From Dicyema japonicum (Eukaryota; Animalia; Dicyemida), in contig RDEW01000057.1 in assembly GCA_011109175.1 (NCBI GenBank), positions 127,049 to 191,048 of the forward strand: a stretch of 64,000 bases of DNA, read 5' to 3'. Below, piece by piece: positions 12,521-25,914 of this stretch (position 1 is its first letter; the number at the start of each line of letters is the position of its first letter). The position numbers and the translations under genes were made by a program. The notes beneath the pieces were generated by a model. The model saw only the letters and a program-made list of their open reading frames with translations, was not told the DNA's origin and did not search any database.

Positions 12521-14005
12521 GGCTACAAGGATGGTATGAAACTGATGGAAAAATAATTTTGTGTAGCTACTGTACAAAACTTGAAGATATACAATAAAAT
12601 TGATGGCTTGAATTTAAAATCCAGCATTTACCACCACCATATGAAACAAGACGGATAAAAAATATTTTGCGTCAGAAGTGGGGTTTTCAACAGAGATATC
12701 CACTGTCTCGTTGTAATGAATGGTCATTTTAATTAATCGTTAGAAAAGAGTGAGTCAAATTTGGTGTCTTTTCTGGATTCGCTGGGAAAATCGCTCAAGA
12801 ATAAGTTACGCAAGATTGGTGAAAATGGGGAAGCTTGTGGAACAACGTAATTAACAAAATATGCACAAATTTCTTCGATTGAATACAGTGAGTTTTGCAA
12901 TTTTTCCAAATTAGTGATATTTGGTAATTTCAAAAAATTCATGAAGCAAATTTTCATTCATTATTGAATCCTTCACATGTGCAACAATAATCCCATATTT
13001 TTAGATGATTTTACTAACTTAGAGCACAATAAATATCCTTTAGGTGTTCTTGTAACTAAACATGAGTTTTTATAATTGTTTTTGAAGTTCGTTACTTATT
13101 TTTGCCTCTGAGTTCTAATAGCTTTAATATTTGAGAAAATACAAACCTGTGATTAAAAGAAGACCGATGATACACGACAAAAACAATCTATTACGTGTAA
13201 TTTTAAAAAAATAAAAAACTAACAAAATTAAAAAAATAATGTGATTTCCACTGCAAAACGGAGAGTTACTCACAAAGTATAGAAACTACAAAATTGCGTG
13301 TACAGAATCAATAACTTTCAATAATTTTGGTCTGAGAATAAATAAATCAGTGGTTACCATCTTAATTAGGAAGTTGATGAGGTATCTGAATTCCCGATAA
13401 GGATAGAGCTTAACATGTTTCCTAACTGTTTCCAATAATAGTTTTTGCCTGTTCGTTCAAATTTCAAAAATATCAAGAACGAGTAAAGTGGAGAACTATA
13501 ATGGTCAATATAGGATTATTTTATACAGTCTTCACTATTACAAGCATGCAAAAAATATATGAGATGAATCAAAAAATTATTGATAAATTGTGATCCACAT
13601 GATTACTTTCAATAATAAAAAACTATACAAATTTTTCATAATGAAGAAATTCAAAAAATAAATCAAAAATTTTCTACGATAATATTGCGACCATACCAAG
13701 ATTTTAAACTATTATTATTTAAATTGAAATTTATTTACAAAGACCACAGTTAAAGACAAAACAAGAAATTATGTGATCCCAGCGAATTTCAATAGGGCTC
13801 TCAGTTTGGCCCGGTGGTCTTCTCTCGATCCAACACAAGCACGCAATAGACGAGTGATCCTCTGGTATCGTTGAGTTTGGCCTCCTTTTCATCTTATTAG
13901 GTCCTCCAAGGGGGTAGGTGTAGAATTTAGATCGCCTTTGATTCATTTTCTATCACGGAAAACGCTCTTTTTTGGTTACGATAGCGACCAGTCTGATAAG
14001 ATTTC

Positions 14006-15061
14006 AGCACATCAATTGGGTTCACATAAGCAATGGCTAGTCATCGTCGAAAATATTTTAAAATCAATAATTATTTGATAGGGGTATACAAGTCGACCAC
14101 TGAGTGTCTTTAAAGTATATAATCGGGGCATTAGTAAGTCCTGGATTGTCGATAAGGGAACAAGTGATAAAGGAACAAATGGACATAGTAAGTCCGGATG
14201 TTCAAAAATATAATAAATTTCCTAACCGGAGGGAGTCTTATGTAAAAATAGGAGAGCTATCTCCAGTGGGATCTCGCCCATCAGGATTCCCACGTGATTC
14301 CAATCTTGCTTAATATTTTCAGTTTGCTAAAACTGCCAAGCTTCAAATATGAATATACGAAGAAGACATGAGCACAATGGATACCTCCATGAAGTTAGTA
14401 CAATCTAAGAGGAGGCTCAAAGAATATATTAGTTATCGAAGATGGGTGTAGCATGATAGGTTAAAACTTTCTGCACTACGTGTCACTCGTGTCAGGCTAA
14501 GTCAAAAATACACGCTACAGGAGAAGTAAGCGTCAGCTGCCTGTATGCTTTATCCTTTTTTATCATCGAACCTGTTGGACTTGACTGAGGAGATGGGAGC
14601 AAAAATTGCATAAGAGATTCAAAAAATATTGAATGCGTCTACAAGGTGCAAGTTGGAAATGTCAAATTTTGTTAGACGACAACATAAAGTAAACCAGAGC
14701 ATCTTATGAAGTATAGAGTTATTTTAATTAAACAGGTGAGTTATCTTGTAGTATATTGTGAAGAGGCAAATACAATATCGAAAATCTTATAAAGCCATGT
14801 TCAAAAAATCATTCATACATTACCAAGATGGTTGTCACGTGGAAGGGTGTTGGAACGTTTGTTCGAATTACTAAACAAGCTTGTTGTGTATTTGAGCACA
14901 TCAATTGGGTTACATAAGCAATAGCCTAGTCATCTTCGAAAATATATATAAAATCACTAAGTAGTTGATAGGGGCATACAAGTCGACCACTAAGTGTCCT
15001 TTTTAGTATATTATCGGGGCATTAGTAAGTCAGGAATGTCAATAAGAGAACAAGTGATAAA
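14006..15061. repeat. ~165-bp diverged direct repeat (14006-14171 and 14895-15061)
   Basis: Both copies run from agcacatcaattgggtt to caagtgataaa. Confidence 0.85.
14470..14890 (+). mobile_element. CRE remnant followed by hAT transposase remnant
   Basis: RWLSRGRVLERLFEL is a hAT-type motif (~14828-14872). The upstream part weakly resembles the CRE endonuclease region. Confidence 0.4.
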
Positions 15062-15559
15062 ATCCCACTGGGATTGTTTCTAAGTATTCTACGTATGGAT
15101 AGGCTCAAATTGGGTGAAAACTAAAAAAAGGGATGATTACCCCAATTTAGATAAATATGACTCAGCTCAGATAGGGGCGAATATTTCAACATTCAAAATC
15201 AGAAAACAGTAATAATCATAGCTGAGATTTACAAAAATAATAAACAACAAGACAAAACGTGCAAATTTAAATATTTATTGTTTTTAACCGAAAAAATAAA
15301 AATAACTTTATTAAATTTTAATTTTAAGGTTTTTAATGATTTTTGTCTTTCTTTTCGGTGATCCAGAGATTCTAAATAAATAATGATTTTAGACAAAACA
15401 AACGATTTAAACAAGTCACATGTAATGACGTTTATTCAGCACGTAAAAAATTACGGGCAACACCACGAATAATATTGTATGACTTCCCGCTTCACATTAA
15501 GAAAACCCTTTCAATCTTTGGAGTCATCTCGAATTTCCATACTCACATTTACCCATCAA

Positions 15560-15960
15560 GTGGACCTAGTATCCACGAGGATCCAACAGAAAATTGGAAT
15601 TCTCAAGGCGTTCACTCACTCTCCAGTATCTTCCCCCCATTGTTAGAGCTTCTATACAAACGATTCGTTCTACCTAGTATCGAGTACGCCTGTGATGCAT
15701 GAACACTAAACGTCCCCCCAATCATGAAATACTTTACGGAACGTCACTGGGACTTCCTCAAGATGGCAAAGTCCTCTGACCATCCTCTCGGACCGCACAT
15801 TCAGGACTCCAAAACTATCAATTTCATAGAGTCCAGGTATACTCAGGATTTCAACTCTTTCAGTGCTTGCCTTTGGAGTTTCAACCATCCTTCTATTAGT
15901 ATACGCATAGCTGCATTAGCTAACGCTTTCTTGATCATATCTCCCTTGTCTCCTAAGGGA
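15560..15960 (+). mobile_element. LINE RT C-terminal remnant
   Basis: LLYKRFVLPSIEYACDA, as in the other LINE copies. Confidence 0.5.
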
Positions 15961-17099
15961 GATCCCATCCAGAATATTAATAACTTTTTGTAGTACATAG
16001 GATTGTCTGACTCCAACTATCAGCGGTGGATCTTCCTTCACGGAATCTGCTCTGGCTTTCAAATAAGTATTTATTGGTGGACACTTTTATCTGTTCTGCA
16101 CAGTATTTGCCAAAACTTAATAGACACTACAAATTAGTTTTTGATCAACCCACGTGGGAGAATTAATTGAGATAAAAAACAAAAGCCTGTTCTGTCGGTT
16201 CCATGTCTCCCTTCCATGGATAGCTCAGAGACCTTCTTTTTGTAAGACCTCTCCAACTAGAAAGGATGTTCTAAAGATTTTTCAAATTTGACCTTTTAAA
16301 ACCACGTGCACAGCAAGTTCAGTGCCACCTTTAAAATCCTAATTCATTTCCTCATCGGTCGAGACGCTCAATGCTTCGCAGGCATCCGAAAAGGAAAGAA
16401 TCCCCCGCTTCCCTACTCCAGTAAAGGGGTTTCCGCAATGGCTGATGTGAGTGATGCTTGTGAAGGATGTATCTCACTCCGATCAGGAGAACTGGATAAA
16501 ATCTATTTCAAATATATCGGGGGTCAAGAAATAACCTGCGTCTATTTTCGGCCCGTATTGGAAATCCAATGAGTGTTCGAAAAAAAGGTTCATCCTTATT
16601 AATATGTTGGGTCGTTCGCAAAATAGCGAAGAAAATTGATTCTAGAGAATTTAAAAACTTGCAATTAATTGAACATTTTAAAGATATCAGAATCTAAAAG
16701 ATAAAGCACCCTAAAGATACTTAGGCATGAATTTTAAACTCGAAAGAATTCTAGGAGATATTGCCCCTTGTTGTTATTTTGAAAAACGCAACTAAAAGAA
16801 ACTTATCTCTTCGTTGCCTCTGCAACATCGTGGACAATTTTCCATGTTATATTCCTCCACGCTCTCCCTGAGAAGGCGATTTTTCGAAAGTTCTTTACAG
16901 TTTGTTGGCCATATGCAAAGATTATTTAACGCCGTTTCCTAGGGGCGTTCTGTTGAACAAATAAAATGGAGATATGTAAAAGGCGGAAAGTATGTCTGTG
17001 GGGCTGTAATCACAGGGAAAAGAATTAGTATTATAAGTAAACTCGTGAGATTATTTACAAATATATAAAAATTTAGAATTTTATAATTAATTACTTTTA

Positions 17100-17571
17100 A
17101 TGAAAATATTTACAACGCCCTTCATCGTCAAATTTGAAGAATCTCCTGTACAATTCCAAATAAAATTGACTGAATTGACAGCCAATTTACAGTTGAAGGC
17201 TTTATTTAACAACACTTCTCTTATCAAATTTTACCAATCTCTACCCAAAGGAAAATTTAAGAATCTTGTGAATAATGCATACATAAATATTTCAATGTTC
17301 GGATCAACTTATGTATGTGAATCCATTTTTTGCAAAATGGTTCAAATAAAAAACAAATACCGCAATAAACTGACAGATATGCATCTAAGTCAGTTGTTAG
17401 GGACCTCGACATCTTCCATTGTACCAGTTTTTAAAGAGCTAATTGATTAATGGTTTATAAATTTACTTTTGCTTTATTTTTATATTAATTAAGTTTTAAA
17501 AAAATTGGCGGCCTTTACAAATAAAATAATTTATTGATTTGTCCCCTGGGTCAAATTCTTGAGAACCACTG
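17100..17571 (+). mobile_element. hAT (Buster/SPIN-type) transposon 3' fragment
   Basis: Dimerisation domain SMFGSTYVCESIFCKMVQIKNKYRNKLTD. Terminal ttgagaaccactg. Confidence 0.8.
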
Positions 17572-17574
17572 GTC

Positions 17575-18950
17575 AATATCATCAAATTCATAAAGTTAAT
17601 ATTAATTAGTCCAATATAATAGTTAGGGAAATTGCATATTCATTTATTGCACGAAATAAGTTTGCATAATTTAACATAGTTTTTGAAAGCATGGTTATTC
17701 TACTCTTAATATTTTCAAGTATGGACTCCATAACTTTGCTTTTAAGAACATTACTTCCCTCTCTTCAAAAACACCCAAATGTCGATATCCACTGACTCCT
17801 TCCAGAGTCTCACAACATGATAACGATTTAACATTAGAGACTGACTTTTTTGAATTCATCTCCAAGCCGGCAACATAAAGAACTCGCGAACAACTTCCAT
17901 CATTTTAATAACAGTATCTTCTTTTAGCCCAAATATCTTTAGATTATCAATGAATAACAAATGATTGGTAGAATAAGTCAGAGTATTAGGATCCTCCTGA
18001 TTAATTTGGAGTCTTGGGGACATAAAGTTAAGGGTCTTGCTTTAGGGTTCCATTACCAGAATCTCCTTGCAGAATTCCACGTCCCAGCTTTACAGAACCA
18101 ATTCGTCTTCCATCTAAGTGGAGATTTACTTCTTTACTGATCTTTACAAAGTTAACAATCCAACGGGGTATTCCTGAACAGTCCAATACATGAAATAAAA
18201 ATTCATGGTCAACAGAATCAAAAGCCTTCTTCACATGAACCCAAGCAGAATAAAGGGCGTTTCCATACTCCTTATTTAAGCATTGATTAATAAGGGCCTG
18301 TTCCTTAGCGCCCTGACAATGTTTCCTCGTTCCCAGCTGATTGTCAGATAATAGACCAAACGAATCCACACTTTTTCCCAGAACGACATACAATCCTAAT
18401 CATCAAAACCATCTCCATTGCTTGCTGATAGGTTCCGATAAAATCTTCTTCGATTTAATTCAAAACAACAGTTGTCTTTACGAAAGTTCTTCCTCGAATA
18501 ATGTACAGCTATTTCTTCTTAATTCTACAAGGTCACATAGTAGAGCCTCAATCTGGCAACCTCCCCCTTTTATGGCCCTTTTGTATCCATAGGCACAAAT
18601 AACATCCATAACCTTTTGTTTTTTAAACACAGGGAGAGCCTATCTGGAAAAACGATTGACAAGTTTTAGTTCTGCCGTCAGCTTTTAGATTTTTTCTCAA
18701 TGTTCTCCAACCAGCTACTTTGCGGTTTAACCTTCGCAATTAAAGCCATATAAGCACACTGTGAAGCATATAGAATATCAGTAATTTGATTGATATCTTG
18801 AGGCGGATTATCTTTCGTAATATAATATATTGCATAATTTAGTCCCGACAAAACATTAACTCTGACATACTTTCTCATAATTTTGGGTGTTGGTTTTTGA
18901 GTATCCCTTGGAATTGACTTTTTTTACCCCAAGATCACCGGATTAGAAAA
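17575..18950 (-). mobile_element. R4/Dong-like (RLE-type) non-LTR retrotransposon, RT region, decayed
   Basis: NQLGTRKHCQGAKEQALIN, VKKAFDSVDH, RGILQGDS, NHLLFIDNLKIF and NLFRAINEYAIS. Confidence 0.8.
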
Positions 18951-18959
18951 AGTTAAAAG

Positions 18960-20290
18960 TTAACTACTAAGTTTTCCGGGTTCTGGCTCTCGTTCGGGGT
19001 CCTCGAAGATCCAACAGAATTGGTAGAAACGGGGACGGTCTCATTCTCTATAGATTCCCCTCATTTTCTAGATAGTCAGATATAGAGAGTGAAAGAGGAC
19101 AGCCGGTTTTCATTGCCCACTATAGAAATGACTTCACTCTCCACCTTAGGTGTTCTTTAACATTCAATACGTTATTCACAGTTTTCTTATTTATTATTTT
19201 CAAGGCAGCAAGTTGTGCGGCTTCTAATTTTTGAGACGACGATTCAGAAATCATCGAGCTCCAGGAAGGACATGCGTATTCGATTACTGCCAGTATATAT
19301 TGTTTGTAAATTTTCTGTAGTAAGCCCAATTGGTGATCGGGACAAAATTTTTAATATGTTGGTCCTCCTCCTGACCTTGGTAATAAAGTCATTGACGTGT
19401 TGGCCGAATGTCAGGAGAGTATCCAACTTTAATCCTGTTCCAACATACTAATATAACTTTGAAGTTTCATCCCTGCCTTCTCATAGTTAGAGTCTCTCGT
19501 CGCAAGAACAATGTCATCTGCGTATGAGAGTATCAATGTATCGGGATCGTCATTGGTGTACAGGTTGAAGAGCAGGGGAGAGAGAGGTGAACCTTGAGGG
19601 ACACCATTCGGCAATAAACGGGATTTAGATTTTCTGTTGTCGACATCACTTGTCCTCTTCTTCCATTTAGAAAATTCGACAGCCATTTGTTTGGATTTAC
19701 AAGAGTGTCAGAAATTATCTATATAAGTAGCGTCCGGGATACGGAGTCGAATGCTTTCTTCAAGTCTATTGAAGCCATTACGGTTTTTATGGGGTTTTGG
19801 ATAGGAGAATCCATCAGATATATATTGAGTTAATTTTGTTAGGTGAGTCGTAATAGAATGATTTTCACTGAATCCATGCAGGAATACTCCATTTGGTACA
19901 ATATCTTTGATTCGTGTTAATATTATTTTTCCCATAATTCGGGACAACGCACATAGTATTGCAGTTGGACGATATTGGAATTGACTTAATTTTCTCAATT
20001 TGAACTTTTAGTTTTTCTAGGCAATTTCTGAAGGTGGAAATTCCACATTAGTATTATTTTGCCCTTTGAAACATTCGCCTCCATTTTTTTCATTGTTATT
20101 CCGATTTTCAGGTTTCAGCATCTTTTTTAGCTGCCATAGGCTGGAACACTTATTACTTTTCATTGTACTTTTTAAGTACGAGGTTCCAGCCACCTCTAGG
20201 TATCCTTCCGAATCTTTGCTTCGTGGCAAGAAAAATCTGAGATACCAACTCAACTTCAGAGACACAATGGACAACTTCGATGATGGCAGA
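18960..20290 (-). mobile_element. I/Jockey-like LINE fragment
   Basis: QYRPTAIL, GVPQGSPLSPLLFNLY, SYADD and YKQYILAVIEYACPSW. Confidence 0.8.
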
Positions 20291-20294
20291 TAAA

Positions 20295-21045
20295 GAATGC
20301 AAGTTTGTTTTGGCAGACACTTCTGAGTTGGATATAAAATTGATATCGAACATGAAAAAAAGAAGGTTTAGTGAATCAAATTCGATTAAAGAGTCTTCAT
20401 TCCGTTATTTATAAGAATTTGTTGAAGGATTATGTGAAGATAGAGGATTCCTCTCATTGGCTTCTAAAAGGGAATAACTCCCCGAGGTCGGAAGTTTTAT
20501 TCTGCCTTATTAAAGATAGGAATCTGTTTTTTGGAGAACAAAATGCAATGTGCACCGTTGTAAAAAATGGTAGACCGTGGATCATTGTGCCACAAGGTGT
20601 GAGAAGATGTTGCATGGGGATTATGTAAGAAGACATAACAATGTCGTGAGGTGTCTACATTTCCACTTTTGCAGAGAGTTTGGTCTCAAAAACGAGAAGT
20701 AACTGAAGACTCATTCAGTAGAATCCATTGTAATGACTCAGTTGAAATCAGAGTTGACACCTGTATAAAAGCGGACATAATTATTGAGCATAACAAGCCA
20801 GACCAGTTCGTTTTTGATAAAAGAACCACATTATCTTGATCGAAGTGGGAGTAACCTCTTCCCAAAATCTACAGCAGGTGGAATGCGAAAAGCTAAGGAA
20901 ATATGACTTCCTTCCAAAAAGCTGGAGTTGATACACCACGCAGAGGTCAAGATTGTCCCGATTGTACTCATATGGGATGGCCTAGTGACTTCACATTCGT
21001 GGAAGTATGAATATAAGTGAAAGAACGTATGCATATGTTCAATCG
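20295..21045 (+). mobile_element. R4/Dong-like retrotransposon C-terminal zinc knuckle/RLE region
   Basis: SSHWLLKGNNSPRSE, DHCATRC...RRHNNVVRCLH, HNKPD, LIEVG and IVPIVLIWDG. Confidence 0.75.
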
Positions 21046-21046
21046 C

Positions 21047-21235
21047 TCATCCGGAATCAGCATAAAAGGAAAAAGACGTCCATTACTTGCAGTTGTGGAA
21101 AACCCTCTAGTGGAGGAGAGCAAATGATCATTTTTGTGCCGGCAATCACACTCTAGTAGGAAAGGAAAAAGGAGGAACAAACAAAACAATCATAAACTTC
21201 AAATTAGGGACGTAGCACCACGTAATATAGCGCAT
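21047..21235 (-). mobile_element. SINE family B copy (tail missing, core partly deleted)
   Basis: Clear nucleotide similarity to 47844-48135 and 56401-56688. Confidence 0.7.
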
Positions 21236-21323
21236 GTAAAATAATAAACTATTCTAATAAATTTATTGAAAAACTAAAGTCAAATTAACTAATATCCCTT
21301 GCTCTAAAACTAAAAACCAATAA

Positions 21324-23722
21324 CTACTGTCTCTTAGATTTGGAATGCTCACTATACAGGCCATGTTTACAAGAACTACTCATTCTCTGTAAAATCGAAT
21401 TATAAAAGCTGTGAGTATCGTCATAATTGCTCATCTAAATATTACAACCATTAATTACTGATATTTTAAACATCCCCAATGACCCATCAGCCTTAGAAGC
21501 AGTCATTATCACTGTGTTACCAGTCGACCTCACAATAGTCGACTCCTCAATCACGTGGTCTATCAATACATGACTATTTGTATCAGAGACAACTACAATA
21601 CAACCACCAGTCTCACCCAATCTCGAATAGTCCGTCTCATCAACGAAATAGCAGATACACTTAACACCATGACTGTACTTCTTGGCGTGGACATTCAGCT
21701 CAAAAAGGGTCCCCTTCATTCCACAATCATTACTCAGATGACTTGAAATGTCCATTTTGAAAGGCTCAGAACTCCCCTTCATATTTCCTGAGAACTCAGT
21801 TTCTTCATGACTTTTTGTAAAAGCACACGTCTTCGGACTCGATACGCTACAAATGTTGACAAAAAGTCCATCAGTAATCTCCTTTGACGACTCCTCAAAT
21901 GGGATTTCACTCTCAGACTTGGATAAAAACCCAAGGGAGTTCGACACATCATTTGTTTTAATCTCAGACACGTGGTTATCATCCACTTTATCCACATTTG
22001 AACCAATAGTAGTATCATTTAGCGTACAAGTGGTCTCAACGTCCACATTAATATCATTTCCACGTGTGTTAGGATGAGAATCCCCTGATTGATCATTAAG
22101 GTTATCTCCAGCAGAATAGAATGCGTCCATGGAGTGACTGTCTTCGGTGATAGAATTCATATCAGAGGACATAACTTCCGCACTGTCAGGGGCACTGGAG
22201 TCCTCAGTTTTATAAGGGATATCAGCATGTTCTGAATCACTGGAGATTACAATAACTTCAGGTTCCTCTGAACTTTCATCCTCTACTTTAGTTCCTTCCT
22301 CAGAATAATCCATTTGACTTTCCCAGTCGTCCTGAGATTCCAAATCAAAACCCTCCTCATTCTCAGAGTCTCCCAACTCATCTACCTCTTCTTCCTCATC
22401 ACATTCTTTAAGCTCTTCTTCACTCTCTCGAGGATTTATCTCCACATCATCAAATTCGTTGAGTTCTTCATCACTCTCTCCAAGATCGTCTTCTATCTCA
22501 ATTTCCTCTTCATCACATTCTTTTAGCTCTTCCTCCACATCACTCTCTCGGGACTCTTCTTCTATCTCCACTCCATCACAATCTATAATTTCTTCTTCAT
22601 CAGTCTCTATAGGCTCATCATCCCATTCTTTAAGCTCTTCTTCAATTTCTTCTTCTCCATCACTAAGTTGAGGCCTACCATCCTCATCGTTACTGTCTTT
22701 AAACTCATCTTCAATCTCCTCTCCATTGCTCTCTTTAGACACATCCTCAATCTCCTCTCCAATACTCTCTTTATGAACATCTTCAGTTTCATCATTACTT
22801 CCATCATCTATTATATTCTCAAAATCACCCCCCACATTATCTAAACAACCATTAATCTACCAATAACAAATAAATATACATTAAATGATCCAACAGAGGG
22901 AGCCCTCATAATCCTTTCACTAACAGCACTTCTCAACCTCTCTGCCAGACTAACCTGCAATAATCGAAAAAGTAACCTTAATGTAATGGAATATCAGTAC
23001 TCCGAGGTTATTCAGAGTGGAGACCACCACTCCTCCACTATTCTTACTCCACACTTGCAATTCTCTCCAAATAACAGAGTCAGCGAGTAGTCGGCCATTC
23101 AGCGTAGATCGGATAACTATTCGAGAGCACTCTTTGATGGAATGTCGGTAAGATCAAAGTGACAGGGACCGCACTCCTTGAATTTGTTAGATTCCTTCTC
23201 CAACTCCCACACATTACACTGAAACTGACAATTCACATAAATAAATACAGAAAGAACTGATATCTCCTCCGTGGGCTCATTCTCGGTGGAATCAATCGAT
23301 TCTGGAAATGTACTATCAGCTTTTGATAGGAAATCTGTCTGCACGTGGGTATTTTGATCCAAACTCGGTTGATCCTCTTGAGATTGCTGTTGATTGTCGA
23401 GGAATGAGCTTCCACCACAGAAAATAAGTTTTCCGTTTTCTGATTCTTCAAAGAGGTTAAGGCTGAAGTCTTCTTTAACTGAGCGTGCAAGGTCATCTTC
23501 GATGTCAGAATTAAGAATACCTGTGGGTTTCTGGATTATTGGATTGTTTTGGGGCTCGGTTTCTAGACCAAAACTAAACCCAGCAAGAGAAAAGTTCTCC
23601 ATTAAAGGTCTCTGTTGGTTTGGGTCTTCTGTTTTTTGTTTTTTAGACAAAGGTTCAGAGTCCAAGATAAAATCATCAATATTTGATTCGTTTGGTAGGT
23701 TATTTTCAAGGTTATTGTTCAT
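21324..23722 (-). CDS. Protein with two divergent RanBD/PH-like domains separated by a long acidic repeat region (RanBP3/Nup50/RanBP2-like)
   Basis: ATG at 23722. EEISVL...VWELEKESNKFKECG...SRIVIRS resembles RanBD. A second domain GTLFEL...GCIVVVS...LIDHVI follows. Micro-introns, one 1-nt frameshift near 23134, TAG stop at 21324. Confidence 0.6.
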
Positions 23723-23899
23723 GATAATTAAACACACAACAAGAAGGAAGAAAAACAATATTTTAAATAGAAATAATTTATTATAATTTAATAACTTATT
23801 AAATAAATATATTTAATTTAAAACAAAATTTAATAATTTAAAAAATATTATTTTACATTTTAATATAATAAAACTTTTTATTAAGGAAAGATATTTTGG

Positions 23900-25900
23900 T
23901 TGAGATGGTGACGAGCCTCTCTTGCACCTATGTCTGCAAAGGAATTAGAACAATTTAATGACCTGACTATCCTAACCTTCAATGTCAGAGGCCTGAATAA
24001 CGTGGCTAAGAGGCAGCTTCTATGTTCGGATGTTGAGAAATACCGGGGTTCTGTATACTGCCTGCAGGAGACTAAAATAAAAAATGGACTCGATTAAACA
24101 CATGCAAATTAAAGGTTACTACGGACAGGAAACAAATCTTGAAGTCTAGAAGAAGATCCACCCAGAAAACCATAAAGATTTTGAATAAGAAGCACGCCAC
24201 TAACCTCTTGATCTAAGAGCTGCAGAAGTTGAACATTTAAAAGACTCATCAAAAATATTCACTGCAATCCGTCTGCTCAACAAAGAAAACAAAAACAAGC
24301 TCAAACTCCATGACGGAAATGGAAGATTCTTAACAAATCCCAAAGATCAGGCTGAATATATTGCGTCGTATTTCGAGGATATATTAGCCGTCCGCGGAGA
24401 AATATCTGATCATACTTGTGGATACGCCACCCAACTTGATAAAGCTATCACACCTGGCGAAATCTCAAATGCAATGGTCAATCTTAAGAATGGTCGCTCC
24501 CCTGGACCGAATGGAATCAATTCAGAACTTGTCAAATATGGGCCACCTGCACTAACAGACAAGTTGGCAAAACTACTCAACTCTATGTTTATAAAAAGAA
24601 TACCCAGCTCTTGGATCCGGACTATTAATACCAATACAAAAACCTAACAAGCATGCTGGGCCTGTTGAAAACCTACTTCCAATAATCCTGCTAAACACCT
24701 TACGGAAACGTCTGGGATTAGTTACGTAGAACCAAATCAGAGAACAAGTAGACAACTATCTATCCCTTAGTCACAGTGAATTCAGGACAGGAAGATCCAC
24801 TGCAGATGTAGTATGGAGCCACAAGTGGCGCTGCGCTATCAACCAGAGATTTGAAAGTGCAACAATAGTCCTGGGAATAGACCTTTCTAGGGCATTTGAC
24901 ACGGTCCGTCGTGGTCTACTTCATAAGATACTGAAACAATTCTTGGACTCAGATTCTGTCAATATGATCAGAGTGTTGCTATCTAACACAAAGCTCAGAG
25001 TGCGGATCGGTAAGACGTTATCCCGTGAAAGTTGGTACTCCCCCTACTATTTGTCATATATCTGGAGGCGGCATTACGAGATCTTCGGAAATTGTATGAT
25101 GGCAACATCGTCGAAATTGCCTATGCGGACGACGTCGACTTTGTGTCAGAAGACAAATCGGCCCTACTTCGACTCTCGAGCTGGCCCCTGCTGAGCTGAG
25201 CCGATGGTTCCTTGGAATGAACATCGCAAAAACTGACATTGTGGAAATCAGAGAATGGAAAGCAGATCAAGTGAAACATGGCGAAAAACAAACAAACTTG
25301 GCTCTTACATGTAGACAGTAAAGATATTGCCAGAAGGAAAGTCCTCGCTTGGGTAACGATGAACAAGTTGAAAAAAGAGTGGATTGGCAAACGACGATTG
25401 CACATCACTTCGTCTGAGACTGTATGAAGCCTTTGTCAAGCCGATCCTAATGTACAATTCATCGACCTGGGGAACGTCAAAAACCGAACAACTTGGACTA
25501 GACTTTTTCCATCGAAGACAACTTTGATCCCTACTAGGACTGAACTGGCCAGCAAGAATAAAAAAGGAATCGCTGTACAAGAGATGTTGCACGGGTCCAC
25601 TGAGTCTCGAAATTGCTATATGCGCTGGAAACTATTTGGACATATCTTTCATATGGACTTGGGCGCTCCATCAAACATATCAATGGAGGACTACTCTATG
25701 AGAAAGGACCGTGCTTTTGTGGACGCCGGCGTATTACACTACCTGAAACACTTGACGGAGATCTAAAGCTCGTGAACAAACGTCTAAGAAGTGGGTACGA
25801 CCTGGACGAGTTGAGGAAACTCTCCTACGATCGAGGAGGTTGGAAGAAGTTGGTTCAGAGAATTGTTTTGAATGCTGCACGAGTGAAATTATAACTATTA
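23900..25900 (+). mobile_element. RTE-clade LINE (APE + RT), internally deleted and decayed
   Basis: LTFNVRGL...CLQETK (APE), SPGPNGINSELVKYG, GIDLSRAFDTV, YADD and VKPILMYNSSTW. TAT-rich 3' end. Confidence 0.85.
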
Positions 25901-25914
25901 TGATTTTACGAATG

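Noticed and set aside
10620-13720. Short ORFs suggesting further host genes or MULE/SWIM remnants
   Set aside because: No family could be recognised with confidence.
22314-22671. Poly-Ser and Phe-rich + strand ORFs
   Set aside because: Antisense shadows of the acidic exon on the minus strand.
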